IMG/VR virus record: IMGVR_UViG_3300031566_000116
Location: 1 to 42,459 of that record
DNA from: a virus
Direction: 5' to 3' (one strand)
DNA length: 42,459 bases
Below the pieces are notes generated by a model that made no database searches, had not been told where the DNA came from, and saw only the letters and a list, made by a program, of their open reading frames with translations. Both the position numbers and the translations under genes were made by a program. The first letter of the stretch is position 1; every line of letters starts with the position of its first letter. Positions 1 through 7,455 of the stretch are shown one piece after another.

Positions 1-127
1 CTCCGTTGGAAGCTAAAGCTTGCATTTTATTATATCCAATAGTATCGGCGTAAACAGTCAACATTCCAGACCACTTATTGATCTTCATGTTTGATTTGAT
101 AATTTGCGCAGCCCTGTATCCATTGTC
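1..127. repeat. terminal direct repeat, identical to 42333..42459 (circular-assembly overlap or terminal redundancy)
   Basis: Bases 1-127 (CTCCGTTGGAAGCTAAAGC...CCTGTATCCATTGTC) recur exactly at 42333-42459. Unique genome length is 42332 bp. Confidence 0.95.
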
Positions 128-652
128 TAAAAGATTTGCAAATCCTTCTGTTATCTCAAACGCATCGTTGGTTCCGTTGAACGTTCCCTCAGAAGTAGAA
201 ATATTAACACCAGAGCGATTAGAGAATAGAAAATTTGCAGCGGCAGCCTCTAAACCTTCGCTAAAGTTGTTGTTTAGATTTATCATTTCATTCATGATCA
301 TCTCGTCTAACGCAAAAACAGATCCGTTAGCTTGTTTGATGTCATAAGAAAACTTATCATCTAAAACAGACCATGATGGGATGATAATATTAGAATCGCC
401 ACCAACTCCAGTGTGATTATAAACCTCACCACCAGTGCCTAAGGCGCGAGCTGAACGGGCGAAATAATTAATTTCACTTGTTGTTCTCTTAGCTGCGTTC
501 TTGATTTCGTTGTGGGATGGAATCATTAATTCTGTGTTCTTGCGAAGAGAATTAAAGACTTCTGGGGTTCGAACTCTTAGTTCACCCTGATTAAATTGTG
601 CTAGAATCTTAGCTTGTGCTTTTATAAGATTAGCAGTTGCATAGTTTGCCAT
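1..652 (-). CDS. major capsid protein candidate, N-terminal part (gene wraps the window ends and continues at 42332..41944)
   Basis: ATG at 652..650 (MANYATANLIKAQAKILAQF...) reads without a stop to base 1. It joins track ORF 41944..42420 in frame (652+389 nt = 1041 nt, 346 aa). It directly follows the scaffold-like gene and its size fits HK97-fold capsid proteins. The call rests on synteny and size only. Confidence 0.6.
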   Translation of the reverse strand, partial: MANYATANLIKAQAKILAQFNQGELRVRTPEVFNSLRKNTELMIPSHNEIKNAAKRTTSEINYFARSARALGTGGEVYNHTGVGGDSNIIIPSWSVLDDKFSYDIKQANGSVFALDEMIMNEMINLNNNFSEGLEAAAANFLFSNRSGVNISTSEGTFNGTNDAFEITEGFANLLDNGYRAAQIIKSNMKINKWSGMLTVYADTIGYNKMQALASNG

Positions 653-662
653 TATATACTTG

Positions 663-682
663 TTTTAAATTAGTAATCAAAT
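663..682 (-). promoter_or_regulatory. conserved upstream motif ATTTGATTACTAATTTAAAA ahead of the capsid gene
   Basis: The minus strand reads TAATTTGATTACTAATTTAAAACAAGTATATA-ATG. The same ATTTGATTAGTAA(C/T)TAATTT(TT)AAAA...TATAA...ATG layout precedes the plus-strand genes at 23421 and 23767. Confidence 0.45.
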
Positions 683-788
683 TAGACTTCCAACCCTCCA
701 CAAGTACCTTAGCGGAAACAAAAAGGAATAAAGCGCAATACCTAGCGCGTTTCAAAGGTATAATAAATATTTTTAAATATCAAAATTA

Positions 789-815
789 AGGCGCACTTAA
801 ATAATAAGTGCGCCT
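789..815 (-). terminator. perfect 11-bp hairpin between the scaffold and capsid genes (terminator or attenuator candidate)
   Basis: AGGCGCACTTA-AATAA-TAAGTGCGCCT lies 7 nt after the scaffold stop. On the minus strand it is followed by TTAATTTTGATATTT. Confidence 0.5.
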
Positions 816-821
816 CATGTA

Positions 822-1640
822 TTACATTTTTAGTGTTCCCGCTTTCATTTCTGATTGCATTTTTTCATTAAACTCAGAGCTGCCCTCCCTAACTCCATTA
901 GCTTTCATTCTCTTTACGAACGAATCATAACCCCCTTGGGCACCGCCGCCAGTATCGTCACCAGCACCTCTGCCGCCCTCTTGTTTGGGCAATAGGTTTA
1001 ATTTGGTTAGCTGTGACACAATGAAATCTTGAGTCATTTCAATAGGCTCTAAAGTCTGATCTTTTTGTATTTCTCCATTTATCAATGTGAGCGCCTTTCC
1101 AGTTTCACTAAATGATATGTCCAAACCTGTCTTTGTGCGCAATGCCATGAGTGCAATATCTTTATCGACGAGTAAATTATTTGGCATTAAAGATAGTAGT
1201 GCATTGTCTTTTTTAAATGTTTCTTTTTCTTTTGTAATATTGGATTTAAACCCGTCGTACTCCACTTGCAAAACTGAGTAGTTATTTTGCAACGTTTTCA
1301 GATCGCTCTGGAGTGATGTGATTTGTTCAGCAGGTTTAATATTTGCATCTGTGATAACTTTCTTTTGGTAGGCATCAAGCAAGTTATCCATTGTTTTACC
1401 TTCAAACTCAAGCCCGTGCTTTTCGCGCATTTCTTTTACGCGCATTTCTTCACCCGCGACTTTGCCGTTTTTATATTCGAGATCCATTAGGTTTTTTTTG
1501 TATTTCTCGAATCCATCTTTACTATATGTTACAACTTCATCGGTGGTAACATCAAAACTCCCCGTTTCAATCGCCTTTGAAACGTCATCTTTGCTCACCT
1601 CAATAGGAAAGCCGTTAACTGTGAATAGTACCTTATCCAT
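822..1640 (-). CDS. scaffolding protein candidate
   Basis: 272-aa ORF between the portal and capsid genes. It is charge-rich with long helical or coiled stretches (LQSDLKTLQNNYSVLQVEYDGFKSNITKEKETFKK) and a Gly-rich segment GGRGAGDDTGGGAQGG. Assigned by synteny only. Confidence 0.5.
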   Translation of the reverse strand: MDKVLFTVNGFPIEVSKDDVSKAIETGSFDVTTDEVVTYSKDGFEKYKKNLMDLEYKNGKVAGEEMRVKEMREKHGLEFEGKTMDNLLDAYQKKVITDANIKPAEQITSLQSDLKTLQNNYSVLQVEYDGFKSNITKEKETFKKDNALLSLMPNNLLVDKDIALMALRTKTGLDISFSETGKALTLINGEIQKDQTLEPIEMTQDFIVSQLTKLNLLPKQEGGRGAGDDTGGGAQGGYDSFVKRMKANGVREGSSEFNEKMQSEMKAGTLKM

Positions 1641-1651
1641 GTTACTTATTT

Positions 1652-1969
1652 TTATTCGTTAATATTTAATTTTTCGTCGATCAGTTTGCTTATTGTTTTT
1701 TCACTCATACGACCATCTACCTCAATTCCTAGATCTACAGCTCTTTGCTTCAAAGCTTCTTTATTTTGCAAACCATCTTTAATTTCTTCAGCTTCTTCAA
1801 CTTCTTCGAAAGCATAGAAGATGCCACTGATTCCACATGCTTTGTTTTCAGCTTCGACAAAGCTTTTTTCGAGAGCTAATCCAGTTCTCAGTACTTTGAA
1901 ATGTTCGCTATTTACAAACAAACCCCTTTGAGACTCAATCAATCTCCTTTTTTCGCATATCACTACCAT
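1652..1969 (-). CDS. hypothetical protein (105 aa) with C-terminal HeH/SAP-like motif
   Basis: ATG at 1969. The track ORF extends to a GTG at 2005 that would overlap the portal stop. The C-terminal LKQRAVDLGIEVDGRMSEKTISKLIDEKL resembles a helix-extension-helix DNA-binding motif. Confidence 0.5.
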   Translation of the reverse strand: MVVICEKRRLIESQRGLFVNSEHFKVLRTGLALEKSFVEAENKACGISGIFYAFEEVEEAEEIKDGLQNKEALKQRAVDLGIEVDGRMSEKTISKLIDEKLNINE

Positions 1970-1973
1970 TTTA

Positions 1974-3593
1974 TTAATTTTTATCTGTGTTTTGCAATAT
2001 TGCACTTATTTTAGAATTAAACCAAGCGTCTCGCATTATTTCTAATTTAGATCTGTCTTTGATTAAATCAGCTTGAGTCAATGTTTCCCACCAATCAGTA
2101 AACATTCCTTTCTTTTGCGCCTCTAACACTCCATAAACCCTAGATACAAGCTCTATGTCATAGTGTACATACGGCTCCAAATCTTTCTTCATTAACTCAG
2201 TCCTAAGCGTTTGAGGGTCTGATTTATATTTAGATGTTAGATATTCGGTTAGTTTTCTATCTCTAATCGTTATGGGGTCTTTTTTCTCGTTAGATGTTTG
2301 GTATTCCGAAAGTAGGTACTCAGGAGGCTGGATTATGTAATTTCTGCCATAACTGATAACCGCTATTTTATCAGCTTTGCTTTTAGTTGGAAATAAGAAA
2401 TTTGCTATCCATTCTGTAAACGCCTTTTCGTGCGACTCCCCGACGTTAGACCAAGCATTCAAACGGGTTATCATCGGCTGCGTGTTTAGGATTACGCTCA
2501 TAGCTGTCTGATCCTTAGCTTCACTCTCTCGCGTTCCCCACATAACCTCAAACATATCATCAAAATCAGTCTTGGCGCCTTTCATGTATTGATCCCAAAT
2601 TTCTAGATCTGGAGATATAAAACCAGCAAAATTTGCCGGTAACGTTACTGGATTTTCAGAATTGAGATCTATTGGTATAATTATCTCATCTGTAACATCT
2701 TTATCTAAAATAGTGCCTCGTCCTCCACAATCGGGGCAGTCAGCTACGCCTATTTTCTTAGTTCCTCTACATGATGGGCACAGAATCTTAGGTCTGTAAG
2801 GTGTTGAAAATCCATTTAAAAACTTAAATATTGTCAATATAGACCTATCGCTAAGGAACTCTTTTTCAGACTCGATAATATTATCGATAGGTGCCAATCT
2901 GTATTCTTCGCCTATCTTAATTTTATCGGAACATATTCTAGCTGGCACAGCCCCAAATGGGTTTACATTAGTATTTTCAATATCTAACGAAAAAGAATCG
3001 CCCACTTGTATTACGGTGTAATCTTTTTCATCATCAACAACACGCCAATGCTTCTCGGCTGTTCCTACTTTTGTTTTAGGCTCGAATATAACATATTCAA
3101 CATTCATACCATTAGCGGCATAATCTCTAATACTACATACACTCTTATACGTCGGATAAACATTATCATCCAACCACTCCAACATAATTAATCCAGACGG
3201 ATCCGCGTTATAAAGATCTTTAGCCCAATAAGTTTGTAGCCATTGCTCTAAAGATAAACCGCCTCTAACGTTTGATATTTTCCTTATCAAATCAGCCCGC
3301 TGAGTATCGCTCACATTGTATTGTTTACCTCCTCCTGTGGCTGAATAGACATTGTTTACAGGCTCTAATATTTTAGCGTTAATGTCCTTTATAGATCTCG
3401 CATACTTTTTTCTAGCTAAGGCCTTATTGTCAGATTCAATGTGCTGTATTTGAAGCAATAGATCTTTAAACTCGTCACCGAATAACAAAGCTTTCATGTC
3501 TTTGTGGTAATCACGCGCTTTAAGTATCCATTTTGGCACCTGTTGAACTTTCTTTATTGCTTCGAATATATCTTGCTCTGTATTAAATACCAT
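1974..3593 (-). CDS. portal protein candidate
   Basis: 539 aa, immediately downstream of terL in the packaging/head operon. Size and position are typical of portals, but no portal-specific motif was recognised. Contains CPSCRGTKK-x6-CPDCGGRG. Confidence 0.6.
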   Translation of the reverse strand: MVFNTEQDIFEAIKKVQQVPKWILKARDYHKDMKALLFGDEFKDLLLQIQHIESDNKALARKKYARSIKDINAKILEPVNNVYSATGGGKQYNVSDTQRADLIRKISNVRGGLSLEQWLQTYWAKDLYNADPSGLIMLEWLDDNVYPTYKSVCSIRDYAANGMNVEYVIFEPKTKVGTAEKHWRVVDDEKDYTVIQVGDSFSLDIENTNVNPFGAVPARICSDKIKIGEEYRLAPIDNIIESEKEFLSDRSILTIFKFLNGFSTPYRPKILCPSCRGTKKIGVADCPDCGGRGTILDKDVTDEIIIPIDLNSENPVTLPANFAGFISPDLEIWDQYMKGAKTDFDDMFEVMWGTRESEAKDQTAMSVILNTQPMITRLNAWSNVGESHEKAFTEWIANFLFPTKSKADKIAVISYGRNYIIQPPEYLLSEYQTSNEKKDPITIRDRKLTEYLTSKYKSDPQTLRTELMKKDLEPYVHYDIELVSRVYGVLEAQKKGMFTDWWETLTQADLIKDRSKLEIMRDAWFNSKISAILQNTDKN

Positions 3594-3621
3594 AGTCTTT
3601 TTTTTACAAATATATAAATAA

Positions 3622-4902
3622 TTACGAATAAATAATAGGCGGTGCCGATATTGGTCTATTGTATGCTATATGCGCATATCTATCAGCATCCCACATATGG
3701 TTAAATTTATCGATCGGCTGATTTATTGCAATATTGTTTATAAGCTTCATTTTGTAGTTTTCTTGTTCCTTTTTCGCTTGTAGATATAAGTGATTTTTAA
3801 CAATATGTATCTTCTTCTTTTTCATTGAAGTAAGCCAATACATGACGCTTTTAGTTTTATTTACTTTGCTTATGTTCCACCCCTTTAAGTATAACTCTTT
3901 GACCATCTCAACCGTTCCTCTGTTCTCGCCAGTATATTTATCAGAGCTGTCGGCGGTTGTGGGAATCTTAATATCTATATTGTTAGTAATTGCAAAATTA
4001 TGAATTAAATCTGCGTTTTCGGTTGGTTCGTATAATAATAATTCAATCCAGATATTAAACTCGTCCTCTCCATGTTTAACAAGTGCGGTTGGATCCGTCG
4101 TGAATCCAAAATCCATACCATAACTAAATCCTATGTCTGGAAACTTATCTACCCATGTAATATTTTGAAATATCAATCCCTCTGGGGATGATCTTATTCC
4201 TTCACCATATACTTGCCATCTGTATTTATCTGCGGTGCCATTCCTTATATTAATTAAATTAGGTCTTCTTTTTTTTTCATCTTGAATATTCAAGTCTTCT
4301 AATAACCAAGGACAGTAACCTTCAATAGTGTTTATTACAGATTGTTCTAAATGCTTATTGTTTTTGTATGTGGAATGTGTGAAATGTACATTAGGCTGCC
4401 CTTCTAAGTCGAAGCACCAATGTTGCGTATATTTTGGATTCCAATCGTAAACTAATAATTTTCTACAACGCATTGCAATACCATCAACTTTTTCTTTATT
4501 TTGGTTTTCTAAAGCCTCATTTATAAATACAATGTCAGACGGATAACCTTCGCTACTATCGTCAAGCCCTCTAAAAAATACATCATTTCCATACAGGTTG
4601 TAATATGGTTTTTGTGGATTCTTATAGTTTTCATCATCCCATATCCCCATCTTTTTTAAGCATTTCTGAAATTCTTTAAAGGTGAAATCTTTACAATTTG
4701 TTAACGTTTCCCTAAGTATGTAAATCTCATTATTTGCACCTTCATTATTTTCGCAGTACATTACTAGCAAGTGATAGAAATCCCAAGTTTTAGAACTTCT
4801 ACTGCTACCCTCATTGCATATTGTTACTTTATCAGGTTTATTTCTATTTTTAAAGAAAATACTCACCATTTCATAAAATAGTGGGTTGGGATTGAACACC
4901 AT
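3622..4902 (-). CDS. terL: terminase large subunit
   Basis: 426 aa with Walker A-like GSSRSSKT and Walker B-like DIVFINEA. The C-terminal RNase H-like nuclease signatures are GMDFGFTTDPTA and WDADRY. Confidence 0.85.
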   Translation of the reverse strand: MVFNPNPLFYEMVSIFFKNRNKPDKVTICNEGSSRSSKTWDFYHLLVMYCENNEGANNEIYILRETLTNCKDFTFKEFQKCLKKMGIWDDENYKNPQKPYYNLYGNDVFFRGLDDSSEGYPSDIVFINEALENQNKEKVDGIAMRCRKLLVYDWNPKYTQHWCFDLEGQPNVHFTHSTYKNNKHLEQSVINTIEGYCPWLLEDLNIQDEKKRRPNLINIRNGTADKYRWQVYGEGIRSSPEGLIFQNITWVDKFPDIGFSYGMDFGFTTDPTALVKHGEDEFNIWIELLLYEPTENADLIHNFAITNNIDIKIPTTADSSDKYTGENRGTVEMVKELYLKGWNISKVNKTKSVMYWLTSMKKKKIHIVKNHLYLQAKKEQENYKMKLINNIAINQPIDKFNHMWDADRYAHIAYNRPISAPPIIYS

Positions 4903-5339
4903 TACTCTTCTTTTAGATTGTACTCCTTACTATCGATAATAAGGTTTATTTTCGGATTTGATTTTATCTCTTTATCCTTACTGGTAACATCTAACTTCTC
5001 TCCAAACATTTTGGGATAGTATTTAGCCGCCTTCCATTTGTAAGTTTGTATAATAACATTAGCGGTCGAAGCATCAATATCACCATTCTTTAATTCGTCG
5101 ATAGTTTCGTCTATTTGATTATCTACACCATCGGCTTTATCTTGAATGGAATTTACATACAGGTTGCAAACAAATTGATTATCACGCTTCCATCTACACC
5201 AAGTTGAAAAGTCTGGAAACTCATCTTTACATTGCAACGCCTTTTTAATATTCATACCATTGGCAACTAAATCACATATCTCAATAGCTAATTCATCTGT
5301 GTATATAGATGCGTTTTTATTTCCTACTTTAGCTCCCAT
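4902..5339 (-). CDS. terS: terminase small subunit
   Basis: 145 aa directly upstream of terL, with a 1-nt overlap. It has an N-terminal HTH-like TDELAIEICDLVANGMNIKKAL and a C-terminal QTYKWKAAKYYPKMFGEK typical of a widespread small-terminase family. Confidence 0.7.
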   Translation of the reverse strand: MGAKVGNKNASIYTDELAIEICDLVANGMNIKKALQCKDEFPDFSTWCRWKRDNQFVCNLYVNSIQDKADGVDNQIDETIDELKNGDIDASTANVIIQTYKWKAAKYYPKMFGEKLDVTSKDKEIKSNPKINLIIDSKEYNLKEE

Positions 5340-5345
5340 CTCTTT

Positions 5346-5711
5346 TTATTTTAAAACACTTAAGTCAATGCCTAATTCCTTTGCTAATCTCTCAACTTCA
5401 CCACTACAAAAGTCTAGCCTTCTTTTTGTATTATCGTAAGAGATAAGAGCCTCGCCAAACTCTATATACTTCTTACCTAGCTCTTCCTTCAGCTCGTCCT
5501 CTATTACTTCTTTAATCATCCAGCTATGAATATTCCAACCTTCAAAATATTGGAAATTACAATTAGACAACTCTATTCCGCAAATCTTTTTCATTGACTC
5601 TGTAAACTGACCACTATCATTATGTTTACGAATATATCCAGCTTCAATAATCTCAGCCCCCTCAGTAGCCAATAACTCATCCCACGCCTTAATAAAATAT
5701 CTCTTTTTCAT
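5346..5711 (-). CDS. hypothetical protein (121 aa)
   Basis: Track ORF tightly packed upstream of terS. No motif recognised. Confidence 0.6.
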   Translation of the reverse strand: MKKRYFIKAWDELLATEGAEIIEAGYIRKHNDSGQFTESMKKICGIELSNCNFQYFEGWNIHSWMIKEVIEDELKEELGKKYIEFGEALISYDNTKRRLDFCSGEVERLAKELGIDLSVLK

Positions 5712-5714
5712 AAT

Positions 5715-5940
5715 TTATAAAGTTAGTCTAAAAAATTCTAATTCCATAATGATTTTCTTACAATGCTCTAATTTTTCCGCTAATTCATCGCGCTTCATAT
5801 TAGTTAATATCAGTTCGTTATTGAGTCTACTTATCTCAGCGCTCATTGTTTCAATAGAGCTGAATACATCTACATCCTCGTTTCGTCCTTTTTTTTGTTT
5901 CTATCATTTTTGATAGGTACTCGTCAAGTGGATTTTTCAT
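5715..5940 (-). CDS. hypothetical coiled-coil protein with its reading frame broken at an A8 run
   Basis: ATG 5940 (MKNPLDEYLSKMIETKK...) opens 10 nt after the RHH gene stop and hits TGA at 5851. The +1 frame is open from 5900 to the stop at 5715 (GRNEDVDVFSSIETMSAEISRLNNELILTNMKRDELAEKLEHCKKIIMELEFFRLTL). The frames overlap at the homopolymer 5889-5896. Confidence 0.35.
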
Positions 5941-5950
5941 ATCTCTTTAT

Positions 5951-6133
5951 TTAAAATGGGTATTTAAAACTTTTCTTGTTGCCCTTAATCATCGGCCACT
6001 CTCTTTGTATTTTCTCCTTTATTGCATCGCGGATGAATTGCGAAACATTCACGTCATACGCTGACAACTTTATTAAACTTTGCTTTTGAATTTTCGAAAG
6101 TTTAACGTTTTGATTCTCAGTATATTTGCCCAT
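5951..6133 (-). CDS. ribbon-helix-helix (CopG/Arc-like) DNA-binding protein
   Basis: 60 aa. NVKLSKIQKQSLIKLSAYDVNVSQFIRDAIKEKIQ fits the beta-strand/helix/helix RHH pattern. A 24-nt exact repeat ends 6 nt before its ATG. Confidence 0.55.
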   Translation of the reverse strand: MGKYTENQNVKLSKIQKQSLIKLSAYDVNVSQFIRDAIKEKIQREWPMIKGNKKSFKYPF

Positions 6134-6138
6134 GATTA

Positions 6139-6176
6139 TGTTACTTTTGTGACGTTTAGCGAATTGTTATAGCCAA
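6139..6176 (-). repeat. 38-nt repeat copy A (TTGGCTATAACAATTCGCTAAACGTCACAAAAGTAACA)
   Basis: The 24-nt core TTCGCTAAACGTCACAAAAGTAAC (6163..6140, minus strand) is identical to 21360..21383 on the plus strand. Both copies have the same orientation relative to local transcription. Confidence 0.9.
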
Positions 6177-6353
6177 TTAAAATGGAGACATCTTCGCTTT
6201 TACAACTTCAATATGTTTATATCGTTCTTCGCTAAATTTATCTTTGTTATCTTCAAGTGTTTGCTCGTAATAACCTATCTTGAAAGTCATTACCATATTT
6301 TGCCATAAAAGAATTACAGCTACTGTTCCTAATAAAATCGCTAATGTTGTCAT
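6177..6353 (-). CDS. small membrane protein (58 aa, below the ORF-track cutoff)
   Basis: Hand translation gives MTTLAILLGTVAVILLWQNMVMTFKIGYYEQTLEDNKDKFSEERYKHIEVVKAKMSPF, with one N-terminal TM helix. The ORF is flanked by inverted AATTGTTATAGCCA(A/G)TTAA copies at 6162-6180 and 6365-6383. Confidence 0.5.
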   Translation of the reverse strand: MTTLAILLGTVAVILLWQNMVMTFKIGYYEQTLEDNKDKFSEERYKHIEVVKAKMSPF

Positions 6354-6369
6354 TTTAAAATAATTAACT

Positions 6370-6466
6370 GGCTATAACAATTTATAAAAATAATAGCGCA
6401 TATAGCCTTTGCGGTATTATTCATCTTATGTGGTTGCGCTACTATTCTTATAATAACGTTATAGGG
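6370..6466 (-). repeat. structured intergenic element E1 (box A CTATAAC / box B GTTATAG)
   Basis: Minus strand: CCCTATAAC-GTTAT-TATAAGAATAGTAGCGCA...TGCGCTATTATTTTTATA-AATT-GTTATAGCC. The 18-bp upper stem has 2 G:T pairs. The TAA in box A is the stop of gene 6459..6722. Confidence 0.8.
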
Positions 6467-6722
6467 CATTTAAAATATATACCCTTTCGGCTACCACATT
6501 GCTGTTGTAGTACTTGTATTCAACCTTTCTAAGTTCAAATTCATACTTACCGCCATTAATCAAGCCTTCAGGGTTTATTACCTCTATCTCATGCGTGCCT
6601 GTGCAATAATCATAACCACCACAGCAACACGTTTCAGGGTGGCAGTTACATCGCTCCTTGTAGCTGTAGTTGTATTTTAAGTAGTATTTATTATCCTTTA
6701 TTGTTGCTGTTCCTACTCTCAT
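6459..6722 (-). CDS. cysteine-rich small protein (87 aa)
   Basis: Track ORF. The segment CNCHPETCCCGGYDYCTGTH carries 6 Cys and 2 His within 20 residues. Confidence 0.65.
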   Translation of the reverse strand: MRVGTATIKDNKYYLKYNYSYKERCNCHPETCCCGGYDYCTGTHEIEVINPEGLINGGKYEFELRKVEYKYYNSNVVAERVYILNAL

Positions 6723-6736
6723 AATAAAAACGCCCT

Positions 6737-6862
6737 ATAACACTAAATATAAAAAAGCTGGGTGTTACGGGTCTTTTAAACCAGCATGCTACTAAGTTAG
6801 TTTTTGTGGTCTGCGAAAAGTTGTAGCTACTAATCCCAGCCATTTCATATTATTTCCGTTAT
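6737..6862 (-). repeat. structured intergenic element E2
   Basis: Minus strand: GCATAAC-GGAAAT-AATATGAAATGGCTGGG...CCCAGCTTTTTTATATT-TAGT-GTTAT. The 17-bp stem has 2 G:T pairs and 1 T:T mismatch. The TAA in box A is the stop of gene 6859..7071. TTTTT follows box B. Confidence 0.75.
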
Positions 6863-7071
6863 GCACCATAATCAGACAACAGGCAGTTGTAATCATTTAG
6901 TGCAGCATCAAGCAATGAATAATCTTCTACTTCTGTTGGGTCGCATTCATAACTGCCTGTTTTTAGATAATCAATAGTGATAAAATGGTCGTGTGTATCT
7001 ACGCCAAGTTTATCTAATCGTTCCTTTTCTGCTTCTAGTGCGGTGATAAGTTTTAATTTTCTTTCGTCCAT
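6859..7071 (-). CDS. hypothetical acidic protein (70 aa)
   Basis: Internal ATG at 7071 (MDERKLKLITALEAEKERL...) chosen. The longer track ORF to 7176 would run through element E3. Confidence 0.55.
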   Translation of the reverse strand: MDERKLKLITALEAEKERLDKLGVDTHDHFITIDYLKTGSYECDPTEVEDYSLLDAALNDYNCLLSDYGA

Positions 7072-7089
7072 TTTGTTAAATATTACGGT

Positions 7090-7187
7090 GCATAACACGG
7101 TATATATGTTATACGCCAATGAAGTGCTGTACTTAATTTTAAAGTTTGTGGTTAGGCGTACAACACATATACCCAACCGTTATGTGC
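7090..7187 (-). repeat. structured intergenic element E3
   Basis: Minus strand: CATAAC-GGTTG-GGTATATGTGTTGTACGCC...GGCGTATAACATATATACC-GT-GTTATG. The 19-bp stem has 2 G:T pairs. The element starts 3 nt after the stop of gene 7191..7394. Confidence 0.8.
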
Positions 7188-7190
7188 CAT

Positions 7191-7394
7191 TTACAATTCT
7201 GGATAATCAGACCTGTCCATTTTCATAGCACTTTTAAAACTATCTGCAAGTTCTTTGTTGCATTTTTCACATAAGTTACAGTCTGTAATTTTAACAAACT
7301 CTACCTTTTTATTGCTGCCACAAACGGCACATAACAATGTGTCATACGCCATTGGCTTAGTAGCTTTTGCAAGTGTTTCAAATAAATCATCCAT
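7191..7394 (-). CDS. small zinc-ribbon protein (67 aa)
   Basis: Track ORF with the Cys pairs CAVC...CNLCEKC. Confidence 0.6.
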   Translation of the reverse strand: MDDLFETLAKATKPMAYDTLLCAVCGSNKKVEFVKITDCNLCEKCNKELADSFKSAMKMDRSDYPEL

Positions 7395-7455
7395 CGGTGT
7401 TATCTTTAAGTTTTGTACTATTAATTATCACGCCAACAGTCGCATACACTCAACG

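Noticed and set aside
78-347. Plus-strand 89-aa track ORF at the window start
   Set aside because: It lies entirely antisense within the capsid gene (1..652, minus strand). Its hydrophobic, low-complexity translation is typical of a shadow ORF.
548-575. tRNA-like GGGGTTCGAAC string
   Set aside because: It lies inside the capsid coding sequence. No complementary T-stem, acceptor stem or anticodon arm could be drawn around it. No other tRNA-like T-loop was seen in the window.
5951-6133. RHH gene as the antitoxin of a toxin-antitoxin pair
   Set aside because: The downstream ORFs (the frameshifted coiled-coil ORF and the 121-aa protein) show no RelE/ParE/MazF-like features. The RHH is better explained as a transcription regulator next to a repeated candidate operator.
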